Assembly (NCBI RefSeq): GCF_006345805.1
Contig: NC_043000.1
Location: 133,734,001 to 133,798,000, forward strand
Origin: Octopus sinensis
Taxonomy: Eukaryota
DNA length: 64,000 nt
Direction: 5' to 3'
The notes below the pieces were generated by a model. It did no database searches. It saw only the letters and a list, made by a program, of their open reading frames with translations, and was not told where the DNA came from. Every line of letters begins with the position of its first letter. Within the stretch, counting starts at the first letter, position 1. The position numbers and the translations under genes are program-made. Positions 12,748 through 23,707 of the stretch are shown in pieces.

Positions 12748-12782
12748 ATGTGTTCATTAATCCAAGATAAAACACGAGTCCG
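12748..12782 (+). CDS. NR2C2AP: NR2C2AP exon 1 (MCSLIQDKTRVR, ends phase 2)
   Basis: aacATG...GTC CG|gtaagt: strong donor. CG plus the first G of exon 2 gives Arg. Resembles the human N-terminus as I recall it (MTHSLVCPETVSR). Lies in the CpG-richer promoter-like region. Confidence 0.85.
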
Positions 12783-13516
12783 GTAAGTTTTATTATAAAA
12801 AAGACTTCACAATTCTGACAGCAAAGTTTGTTTTCCTTCCGTTAAATTGTTTTACAGTTTTTTTTTCTTTTTAAGCTTTTATTTTATTCTCATAACTTTA
12901 TTACCCTTCTCGTTATTGTCGGTTAATATAAATATTCGCATCTGGGAACAACCTTATTGTCTTATATCAAATAAAGTAATTGAGTTGTAGTATTTTCAAT
13001 AATGCTTCTTGTTAAAAAGTAGAATAGATATAAGGTGCTATAGTATTAATTAAGTTTATTTTCTCCTGACAATTTTTCAGAATCATAATCTCCGCCGAGG
13101 TCGACTTTGCCTTTCATCCTTTCGGAGTCGATAAATTAAGTACCAGTTACGCACTGCGGTCGATGTAACCGACTTAATCCATTTGCCTGTCCTTGTTTGT
13201 CCCCTCTGTGTTTAGCCCCTTGTGGGTAGTAAAGAAATATATGTAGGAGCAGTACTCTATTGTAGCGTTGACCTGAGCTTTGGAAACGATTAGTAGTTGT
13301 ATTGTTGTTTATGGGACTCATTACTAGTGGTCCAGCAATATCTAAGATAATGAGCTTTTCTGTTTTACGATTACATTATCTCAAATAACATGCTCTTGCG
13401 TTTTTTGTCACATATCCTCCCATTTCGGCAAGATAATGTTGAAAGTTTCCGTATCAAGGGAGGCAACTCTATGTAATCGCGATTGTGTAGCTTATGTTAC
13501 TATGTACCAAAATGTA

Positions 13517-13905
13517 TACTCTTACTCTTTTACTTGTTTCAGTCATTTGACTGCGGCCATGCTGGAGCACCGCCTTTAGTCGAGTAAATCAACCCCGGGA
13601 CTTATTCTTTGTAAGCCCAGTACTTATTCTATCGGTCTCTTTTTGCCGAACCGCTAAGTGACGGGGACGTAAACACACCAGCATCGGTTGTCAAGCAATG
13701 CTAGGGGGACAAACACACACACACACATATATACATATATAACACAGGCTTCTTTCAGTTTCCGTCTACCAAATCCACTCACAAGGCATTGGTCGGCCCG
13801 GGGCTATAGCAGAAGACACTTGCCCAAGATGCCACGCAGTGGGACTGAACCCGGAACCATGTGGTTGGTTAGCAAGCTACTTACCACACAGCCACTCCTG
13901 CGCCT
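13517..13905 (-). mobile_element. CORE-type tRNA-SINE family B, young-looking copy
   Basis: Head aggcgcaggagtggctgtgtggtaag; CORE-like cttgggcaagtgtcttct; (AAAAGAGT)n tail; tgtaccaaaat on both flanks. Confidence 0.85.
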
Positions 13906-14657
13906 ATACTGTACCAAAATTAGATTTATTGATATAGATTCAAAATAGTTGACAGTGTTAATTGTTGGAAAGAATATTAATAATTGGGAAAGGTTACAAA
14001 AGGATTAAAATTCAAAAGCAGTGTGTAGGACAACTACAACAAAGATGGTGTTGCAAATTAATTTCATGAAAGTTTCTCTAACCTGTTGAGGTAAGAGCTC
14101 ATTGTGGAAATTAATGATATTAATCATTTGCAGAGATGTTATGGGGATTGGTGTAATATGAGCTTCAGGAGTTGTTCCCCTTGCTAGAATATTTCCGATA
14201 ATGTTGACCCATCTTGCATATCCACACTACTGGGTGACCTCGAAATTTATAAACGCACTCATACCAAAGCTGAGAGAATGACACCATGATGTCCTTATAA
14301 AAATAAAAAAGACGTTGGATAATGTAGTCCTTGTATATAAAATCACAGGAAGGTCATCATAAGTTGTTCAATCACGGATTAGCTGGAGCTTAAAAACAAT
14401 CAGGAAAGTTAATACAGTGACACATTTGTTTGGGGAAAATTCAGGGACGCTATTCGTCGAACAGTTTTGTGATGTAAAATGATGGAAGAATACGAACATT
14501 ATTGATGAGGCTTGCTTAAAATATTTGTTGCTATTTTCTCTATTTATCAAAAGAATTGATTTGCCCAGGAACATATAACGAATGCTTCTAAGACAGTCCG
14601 GGACACTAGCCTTTATATATAATATGTATAGTACATACCATCGTGATAGATAGATAG

Positions 14658-15030
14658 ATAGATCTATAGGCGTAGGAGTGGCTGTGTGGTAAGTAGCTTG
14701 CTTACGAACCACATGGTTCCGGGTTCAATCCCACTGCGTGGCACCTTTGGCAAATGTCTTCAACTATAGCCTCAGGCCGACCAAAGCCCTGTGAGTGGAT
14801 TTGGTAGATGGAAACTGAAAGAAGCCCATCGTATATATGTATGTGTGTGTATGTTTGTGTGTCTGTGTTTGTCCCCCCACCATCGCTTGACAACCGATGT
14901 TGGTGTGTTTACGTCCCCGTAACTTAGCGGTTTGGCAAAAGAGACCGATAGAATAAGTACTGGAGTCGATTTGTTCGACTAAAGGTGGTGCTCCAGCATG
15001 ACCGCAGTCAAATGACTGAAACAAATAAAA
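14658..15030 (+). mobile_element. CORE-type SINE family B
   Basis: Same family, opposite orientation. Other copies: about 6325-6605(+), 17490-17735(+), 24855-25230(-), 26478-26862(-), 34478-34730(-), 54840-55190(-), 56335-56710(+), 63500-63655(-). Confidence 0.85.
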
Positions 15031-15541
15031 AAAAAATATCAAAAAAGAACAGGAAATATTCTCTGCAAGAGAAACTTCGTAAGAATGTCATCTGCAAAAG
15101 AGATTCAGACTTGGCTTGGATATGAATTGAACACTGTTACTAGCTGAGATTATTATTAACTAGTTGTTTCCATTGAATCTGTCTTGTGAGATTCTAATCA
15201 TATGTCTGTAATGCCAAAGCTGTGACTTTTCAATGCAGAGATGCAGCAGCTCAACCTGAAGAGACTTAATTTTGGCCACTTGTCTTTGCAGATGTACTCT
15301 TTCAGTCATTACCCAATAAAGTATTCTGCCAACTTGGTTATAAGAAGCTTTCTTTCAGATCTGCGATTAAGAACTTGGCTGGGGTTCTTTTCTCTACAGA
15401 GAAGATTCTTGGGGTTGAAGAGAATACTTTGCTGCTCACCAAAATCCAGTCAAAATAAAATCTTCTGGTAGACACAAGATGCATCTGGGGGGCAAAGACT
15501 AACCTCACAGAGGCTGAAGTCATAAAAGTAATTAAAATGCT

Positions 15542-16003
15542 TAATAATAATAATAATAATGAAATTATTGTATACAGTGCTCAGGTGCACCACAACTTGT
15601 CAAAAGCATGTATAAAGCATATGCAGTAATGTACAAATGTCTGGAAAGTGAACAGTGTATGAGTCAGATACATGCTTGCGTGTGTAAGGAGGGGAGAAAA
15701 TCAGGTGTAGTGTTGGTGAATCTCAGGAAGCATGGAAGTTTTGAAGGATACAGTGCTCCGACAACTAACAACTGATGCCGGCAGTTTGTTCCATACTTCA
15801 GCAACTCTTAGCATGAAAAAATGTTTCTGAAAGTCATGGAAGTTTTACTGTTTTCTGACTTTGTAAACATGTCCACGGGTGTTAGACAGGTGGAGTTTAA
15901 AAAGGTGCTCAGAGTTATTGTTGGTAAGATGGTTAATAATTTTATGGGTGTCTGCCAAGTCAGCTGCCAGACATCGGAGTTTCAATGTATCCATGCCCAG
16001 GGA
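15542..16003 (-). mobile_element. CR1-type LINE 3' end (copy 2) with (ATT)n tail
   Basis: Reverse complement of the 3433-3866 sequence. Confidence 0.85.
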
Positions 16004-16495
16004 TGTGTGTGATAGGGCTGCTGGTGATGATGAAATTCAACCTGAGATAGAGAAAGTATTCTCTTGGAGACTCGTATATGCCAGTTGGCTTGGACCTCAA
16101 GAAAGACATCAAAGCAAGGGATAATGTCCCAAATTTTGAAAAAGGTGACAAGAGAGAGTGCTCTAATTACAGAAGAATCTCCTTGTTGAGCCTCCCTGGT
16201 AAAAGTCTATGCTAGATGTCAGCAAAGGAGATGTAGAGAAATTGTAGATCCCAAGCTACCTGAAGAACAGTATGGCTTCCACAAAGAGAACACAACCATC
16301 CAAATATTCACTCTATAGAAGAGCTTCAAGGAATCATCTGAATATTGCCAAGAGGTGTACTCTTGTTTTACAGGACTCAAAAAGGCATATGATGATGTGT
16401 TGTGGGACATGCTTTAGAGGGGTTTGCGGGAATTTGGGATTAATAGCGACTCTGGTTGCCATGAAACCCCTATACAAATGCTCAGATGTTTGCTT

Positions 16496-16721
16496 TTAAC
16501 CCTTTTACTATCCCGGCTGAAACCGCCCCTGGCTCTGTAGTACAAATGTCTTGTTTTTATAAGTTTTGAATTAAAATATTCCACCAAACCTTAGTCACAA
16601 TTTATGTTCCTAACACTAGCTGAATGATAACTAAGTTATTTTACTAAATTCTTTGTTATATTTAAAGTAATTCAAAGAAATACACAGCATCTCAAAATAA
16701 ATATGGTAACGAAAGCGTTAA
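16496..16721. mobile_element. TTAA-flanked MITE, family A
   Basis: TTAACCCTTT...AAAGCGTTAA; interior shared with 19826-20043 and 51070-51297. Confidence 0.75.
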
Positions 16722-16769
16722 GTAAATAGTGCAAAGTTGAAGCCTTTCAATGTGGGTGTAGTGGTGGTT

Positions 16770-17410
16770 ATAACTAGAGGGACTTGTGTATGAAGGTAGA
16801 TAAGAACAAGCAGAATAATATAGATGTTATTGTAAGACTGTGTAGTAAACTACAGCTATGGTGGAAGACCCCCAGCTGACAACATCCATGAGGTGGGAAC
16901 AAAACCCTACCACATGTTTCCAAAATGAACTTCTTAACCACACAGCCATGTAGTAACATCTGTATTATTTTGCTTCTTTCAAGTCCTTCCAAGCTTGTTT
17001 TTTTTTTCTCTAATAGCCCTGTCAACAACATTGTTCCACCACCACATTATTTTGGGTCAAGAAGAGACTTTGCACAATCTACAGATCTGGTCAGTGGCCC
17101 TCAGCAGGTTGTCCCGCAGAAACCTCCAGTTGTCTTCTACATTGTGTGAAGCTATATCCCCTTCTATTTCGTCAAAGGCTTCGAGTAATATGTCTCTAAA
17201 TCTCTGTCCATTTGCAAGATCTTTAAGCTTCCAGACCCTTCTCCTCCATGCTGGTAGTCTTCTGGGCATCCACTTAACCCTGATCCTGAAGTCACTAACT
17301 ACCAGTCTATGTTGTGGGGTACATTCTTCGCCTGGGAAGGTTTTGGTATTTATAAGCAGCCATCTTTCCCTTTTTCTGGCGAGGATGTAGTCAATTTGGC
17401 TAGTGTGTCT
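16770..17410 (-). mobile_element. RTE LINE fragment, same family as 10430-10870
   Basis: IDYILARK..., DNWRFLRDNLLRATDQIC and WWNNVVDRAIREKK similarity; a short related piece occurs at about 18015-18115. Confidence 0.75.
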
Positions 17411-19065
17411 GCCAGATCAGTAGGTGACTAGGTGACTGGCAGGTTTCCTGAAGTTAGTATTGCAAACCATAAGATCATTTGGGCCTATCAATGCCTTGTC
17501 AGTGGATTTGGTCAGTGGAAACTGAAAGAAACCCATCATGTGTATATGTATATGTCTTTGTTTCCCAACACCACTTAACAACCAGTGTTGGTTTGTTTGC
17601 ATCCCCTTAATTCAGCAATTTGGCTGAATAAGTACCAGGCTTAAAGAAAGATAAGTACTGAGGTCACTTTCTTTGACTAGAACCCTTCAGGGCTGTGCTC
17701 CAGCATGACCACGGTTCATTAACTGAAACAAGTAAAAATTAAAATATATAATCAATTGTTTGATTGATCAGTCGAGCAGGTTTCTTGATGTCCTTTCATC
17801 ACAATTTGCATCCTCATCAAAGACAAGCAGACCTAGAATAGAGAAAGCATGTCAATGATGAGGTCACAAATGGTAACAAAACAACTTTGACTAACCTAGT
17901 TGATTGATTGATTGAGTGACTAATTGATTAATCAAACAATTAAATAATTAATTGGCTAAATAAACCTGTCTCCTAGCTTCCCTTCTGACAGTCTGATACA
18001 ATTCCCTATTACCACCGTTCTTCTAGTCCTTCCAAGCCTGTTTCTTTTCTCTAATAGCCCTGTCAACAACATTGTTCCACCACCACATTATTTTGGGTCG
18101 AGAGGGGACTTTGCACCATTAATTAAGGTGAGGGTTGGCAACGAGTTCAGTGAAGGATTCCGGGTAGAGGTAGGGGTCCACCAACGCTCAGCCCTCAGCC
18201 CCCTCCTATTGCACTAAATGCTAATTAATTGACTAATAATAATAAAAGAAATGAAATAGAACCAGTACACTTGTTTGTTAGTGACAGTGACTCTCCTGGG
18301 ACACATCATCATCATCATCATTTAGCGTCCGTTTTCTATGCTAGCATGGGTTGGACGGTTCAACTGGGGTCTGTGAAACCGGAAGGCTTCAACAGGCCCA
18401 GTCAGATCTGGCAGTGTTTCTACGGCTGGATGCCCTTCCTAACGCCAACCACTCCGTGAGTGTAGTGGGCGCTTTTTACATGCCACCCGCACAGGTGCCA
18501 GACAGAGCTGGCAAACAGCCATGAACGGATGGTGCTTTTACGTGCCACCGGCATGGGGGCCAGGCGAGGCTGGCAACGGACACGAACGGATGGTGCTTTT
18601 ACGTGCCCCCAACAAAATATTTTTATGTTATCATCCTTCTTTAGCATTCAAACCAGCTAAATCCAGCTCTGATATTCTACTTGTTTTTATGTTCAGACTG
18701 GTCAGATCTGGCCTCTCATACCTACCCTGTAATGTCATTCTAAAAATATACAATCACATCATCGAAATTTCAATGCTTCAAAATAATACATGATTGGTTC
18801 AAAACAATGAGAATAAATTTGTATTACATTTAATAAAAAAATCTGAATACTACAGGATTAAATCACATATTTTTATTTAAAACACATACAAGCTCCTGCA
18901 CAGGAGCACTAACTCCCAATAAGAAATGTCTTGGGCCATGGTGACATATCTCATTCATGTCAGCATGGAAAGTGAATGTAAAATGATGATGTTGATGATG
19001 ACTTGTTTCTTTTCTTTTCATTCTTTTTGCAACCATTTATGGCAGTGTTAAATTTCTGCTTTCAG

Positions 19066-19156
19066 GGTCAGTTCTGTGTTGAACTCTGATGTGAAGCAAT
19101 TTGGTAAAAGTTTCCTCTTTGATTGTCAGGATGATACTTGCTGGAATTCAAGTGAG
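19066..19156 (+). CDS. NR2C2AP: NR2C2AP exon 2 (VSSVLNSDVKQFGKSFLFDCQDDTCWNSSE)
   Basis: tttctgctttcag| acceptor and GAG|gtatgg donor. Matches the family motif VSSVLNR..KQFGKK.LFD...ETCWNSDQG. Confidence 0.93.
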
Positions 19157-19244
19157 GTATGGTATAAAATAATTGCTGACCTTAAGAGATTTAATACTAT
19201 ATCTGTTGTTATTGGATGTAAGTCAGTTTTTCTTTTTTCTTTCT

Positions 19245-19485
19245 TCTTATTTCTTTACTACCCACAAGGGGCTAAACATAGAGGGGACAAACAAGTACAG
19301 ACAAATGGATTAAATCAATTATATTGGCCCCAGTGCGTAACTGGTGCTTATTTAATCGACCCTGAAAGGATGAAAGGCAAAGTCAACCTTGGTGGAATTT
19401 GAGCTCAGAACATAACAGCAGGCAAAATACTGCTTAGCATTTCGCCCGGCATGCTAACGTTTCTGCCAGTTCACTGCCTTTCTTT
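19245..19485 (-). mobile_element. SINE family A (antisense, about 90 nt after NR2C2AP exon 2)
   Basis: Reverse complement of family consensus. Other copies: about 13090-13240(+), 22665-22817(+), 23780-23990(+), 25225-25450(-), 27140-27370(+), 37685-37905(+), 46348-46575(+), 52860-53090(+), 55185-55412(-). Confidence 0.85.
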
Positions 19486-19825
19486 TTTCTGATATGCTTT
19501 AAATATATGTTTCTTCTCTAGATTTTTCTGGGCCTCATATATTTTAGCTATGGTCTGTTAGATCATCTTGATTGTATTTGGCATTGTTGCTTTTTGGTGA
19601 TCTAATTTATCTCATTAAGAAATTGGTCTGTAATGTAATTTATGAAAATCTACTGAAGTTTGTTACTACTATTATTTAGCCCTAGGTCTGACATAATTGA
19701 GTAGATCAAAGATATTCCAACGATGATCATCCTGTGAGTTTTTTTTTGTTTTTTTTCAAGGCACATATTGTACTTAGGACCACCATATCCAGTGTGTTCT
19801 TTCTTTTTTAAGAATGCATATTATG

Positions 19826-20043
19826 ATAACTCTTTCATTACCAACCCAGCTCTGATTCTGAGTATGAATGTCTTGTTTTCATAAGTTTTGAATTAAGATC
19901 TTCCACCAAAACTTAGTCACAATTTATGTTCCTAACACTAGTTTCATGATAACTAAGCTATTTTACTAAATTCTTTGTTATATTTAAAGTAATTGAAAGA
20001 AACACACAGCATCTCAAAATAAATACAGTAATCAAAGGGTTAA
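19826..20043. mobile_element. TTAA MITE family A copy
   Basis: Shared interior ttagtcacaatttatgttcctaacactag; ends AAAGGGTTAA. Confidence 0.75.
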
Positions 20044-20071
20044 GGGAAATTTGACTGGCATTTGTAGTGAG

Positions 20072-21676
20072 CAGTGGTGGGCAAGGTTCGGCTAATCCAC
20101 TAACTGCTAATTAGCTAATTAATTTGTTTAGCAGATTAGCATTTTTGCTAACTTTGGAATCTGTTTGCGGACCAATTAGCTTCCGCTTACTTTAAGTCCG
20201 CTAATAAAATTCATATGTTTGTTCCTGTCTGTTGTGAGTATATCTCAAAGAGTCTGTCAGATATGATTGCTTGATGCAGTGCAGCATTGTGCAATTCTGC
20301 AGTTTTGTGTTGTATTCACTTACAATGTTGTCACATTACGGACAGTCTTACAGTGTCAGCAACTGCAGTGTATGTTATTGGCTTATCACGTTATCATCAC
20401 TTATCATTATGGAAGATGTTTTTGTTCGACCTGAGGATGAAGCACCTGTTGAGGAGTCTGCAATGGCTGTGAGTGAGGCAGGGGTCACTTAGGTTGAGAG
20501 CCAGCGGTCTCAAAACCCATGGCCCCACCTAGAGGACTACTTTGTCCTTACATCAATAGATAAATTATATTCCCTGGAGCGTAGGCGGGAAAGATATGCC
20601 ATAATATACATCTGGAAGATCCTGGAGGGAAGTGTCCTGAACTTTGGCATCGAGAGTTACGCAAATGCCAGAACTGGGCGCCACTGCGTGGTGCCTAGGA
20701 CTCCAAACCTGCCATCAAGATGTAGGACAAGATTCTGTGATAGCCTGGGCTTCCGAGGCCCACAGCTCTTCAATATCCTCCCGAAGAACCTGAGAGACCT
20801 GCATGGGGTGGATACAGATGTCTTTAAAATGAAGCTGGATCTCTTCCTGTCAGGTGTCCCAGATGAACCAACTTCACGGCAGGAGGGGCAGATGAGGGCA
20901 GCTGCATCGAACTCTCTCATGCACCAAATAGCAGTTGCTAGAAAGCCTCCATGAAGTGAAACCAAGTAGCAACACCAAATGGCGGTGCCCCAGCATGGCC
21001 ACAGCTCATAAGCTGAAACTAGAATCAATCAATCAATCAATCAATCATAAGAGGAACACCAAAATCCTGTACTTTCAGTGTATCATGTGCCAGCCCAAGG
21101 AGACCACCGTCAAGGGACAAGCAGCAAGTCTCTACAACTAGCAGTTGCATGTCAAGAGGAAACACCCAGCACATGCCATCCAGTTTGAGTAGAGGATCAA
21201 GGCCGGCTCTTCCCATGGGAAACACAGGCAATCTACTGGTAGCAGTGCCAGTAGCCAGTTGTCGCAGCCATGTGCAAAGAAAGCATGCTAGCCCAGCATT
21301 GGCGAGGTGTTTGCCCCAGCTGCTGGCACTGGTGTTCGGCAGCCTATTTTGGACAGAAGGATTGTAGACCTATTTGTCAACAACATGTAATGGAGTCCCC
21401 CACATTTGTCGGTCTGATCAAGACGCTGAATCCCAACAAGACATCAATGCCCTGTCACACTCTGGGCAGGATGATCTTGACCAGCCATAAACGGCTGGAG
21501 GAGTATCTTACAAAGATACTTAAAATTATACAGGTTTATTAAATTTTTGTAATAATGTACTTCATATTTTCTTAATTTAATTTAATCATTTAATAAATAA
21601 TTATTTTCTTAATTAATGTAATAAAATATATAATAGCTAATTGAAATAAATGTCATAATATATAATATAGGGTATA

Positions 21677-21709
<33 letters not shown>

Positions 21710-23366
21710 GTATATATATATATACTACTCATGATTAAGTCTGCACAGCCAAAACAGCAGTCTTTAATGAAATAATGAATAAACAAACCTTAAGTTCTGA
21801 AATTATCAAATTCTGACCATCATTCCATCCCCCATCTTGGTTATTCATCCCACCTTCAACACATCATGTATAAGGATTGTTGTTGTTGTTTGTTCCTTCT
21901 CAAGCCACGCCTGGCTCATAGGACCGGTTTCCTTGGTATATAGATTCCCCACCTGGACAGGACGCCGGTCCGTTGCAGGTGAGCTGCAAGATGCAGGAAG
22001 AAAGAGTGAGCGAAAGTTATGGTGAAAGAGTCAGCAGAGGTTGCCATTACCTTCTGCTGGAGCTGTGTGGAGCTCAGGTGTTTCACTCATAAACACACAC
22101 TTTTCCTTGTCTGAGATGCAAACCCGCAAGCCTTCTACCGCAAGTCCGTTGCTCTAACCACTAGGCCATGTGCCTCCACATGTATCAGGGTAGTGTCACT
22201 CTTTTCAAAAGTTTAATAACAAGGCTTTACATTATATTTCCATGAATTTAGAACAGCCTACAAACAAGTGTTAAACTCCATTCTGTGTGATTTCTATAAA
22301 CAAAATATGGTTATAAGATACTGTGATCAAATATCCTGCCTCCTTCGTTACTCCTTAGCAGAGTAACGAATGCTATGGAGACCATAGTAGAGACGGTCCT
22401 AATAGAGACTGATGAGACGGGCAACAGCACCACCAGCAATGAGGATGAGGAAGATGACTTCCTCAGCAACATCACTCAGTTCCAGGAGAGCAGGAGCCAC
22501 AGGTCAGTGAAGTCCAAGGCGCAGAACTTGGTGAAGACCTGGCTGTTGGCCATCTCGAAAGAAGTCCTGACTGAAGTCACCTTTTTGGGTAAGCAGGTCA
22601 TGGTCAACCTGTTCACCAAGTATCACACCACCATCCCACCCAGTGCTGTAGTTGAGCACCTCTGCCTTTTGAGTTCAAATTTTGCCGAGGTCGACTTTGC
22701 CTTTCATCTTTTCGGGGTCGATAAATTAAGTACCAGTTACGGACTGGGGTCGATGTAATCGACTTAATCCATTTGTCCCCTCTGCGTTTAGCCTCTTGTG
22801 GGTAGTAAAGAAATATATTCTCTATAGGCAAAGATATTTTGTGGGCCAAGGGAGCCACCCTGTCAGATAGTAACTTTGAGAGGCTGATGTTTATGAAGGG
22901 CAACCAACATCACATCGAGGCAAAAGCCCAGCCAGAGTAGTACATCTTGATCATCATCTGACCTTGGCATGTTACCTATGCTATACTATACCTTTTTGAT
23001 TCATTTAATATTTTTTGTACAGTAAATAAAGTGTACATTGGCTGAAAGACTAATGTTTAATTTCATTTGTCCATTTAATTATTTGTGTACACCTTGATCA
23101 TCATCATCTGAACTTGGCATCCTATACCTTTTTGGAAAGCTCTATGTCTAAGCTACATGAAAATTTCAGCTCTTTAGGTCAGTTTTTAAGGGTTTTAGAG
23201 ACAAAAAACCAAACCGAAGCTAAATTCATATGATAAAAGTTATCAGTTAGCATTAGCTTCCACTAATTTTTTTTTACTTGTTTTGCATTTGTGAAGTTAA
23301 TTTTTTTTACTTAGCAGATTAGCAGATAGCAAAACTAATTCTTTTGATTAGCCATGCCAACCACTG
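20072..23366 (+). mobile_element. hAT DNA transposon, internally deleted, with nested insertions
   Basis: TIRs CAGTGGTGGGCA / TGCCAACCACTG; perfect 8-bp TSD GTAGTGAG (20064-20071, 23367-23374); BED-finger remnant (FQCIMC...LHVKRKH) and dimerisation-domain remnant (LFTKYHTTIPPSAVVEHL...LSDSNFERLMFMKGN). Confidence 0.9.
20557..21046 (+). mobile_element. CR1/L2-group LINE 3' end inserted in the hAT, (TCAA)n tail
   Basis: LYSLERRRERYAIIYIWKILEG...RGPQLFNILPKNLR...KLDLFLSGVPDEP; splits the hAT BED region. Confidence 0.85.
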
Positions 23367-23480
23367 GTAGTGAGTGTAGTGACTGCTTTGAGACTTCTCT
23401 GTTGGCTAGATGGCCAATGTTGTTTATTTCAGTCGGTCACTAAATAAGGAAGTAAAGTTGCTTTGCTGGTGGGGATATCT

Positions 23481-23707
23481 TTAACCCTTTAGTGTTCAGA
23501 TTATTCTATCAAACGTAATGCTTATTGATTCCCATTAATTTGAATTAACCATGCATTATCTCATATCTTCAAGATCTTGATGGTGTAATTACTTAATGTA
23601 GAATAACATTGTAGGATAGGTGTGAGAGCCTGGATCTGGTCAGTTTGAACATAAAACAGATTAACTATTTTGGCTGGATATGGCCGGTTTAAGTACTAAA
23701 GGGTTAA
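23481..23707. mobile_element. TTAA-flanked piggyBac-type MITE, family B
   Basis: TTAA|CCCTTTAGT ... ACTAAAGGG|TTAA. Confidence 0.8.

Noticed and set aside
16020-16490. Possible LINE RT fragment on -
   Set aside because: Only faint PQGS-like resemblance; too decayed to call.
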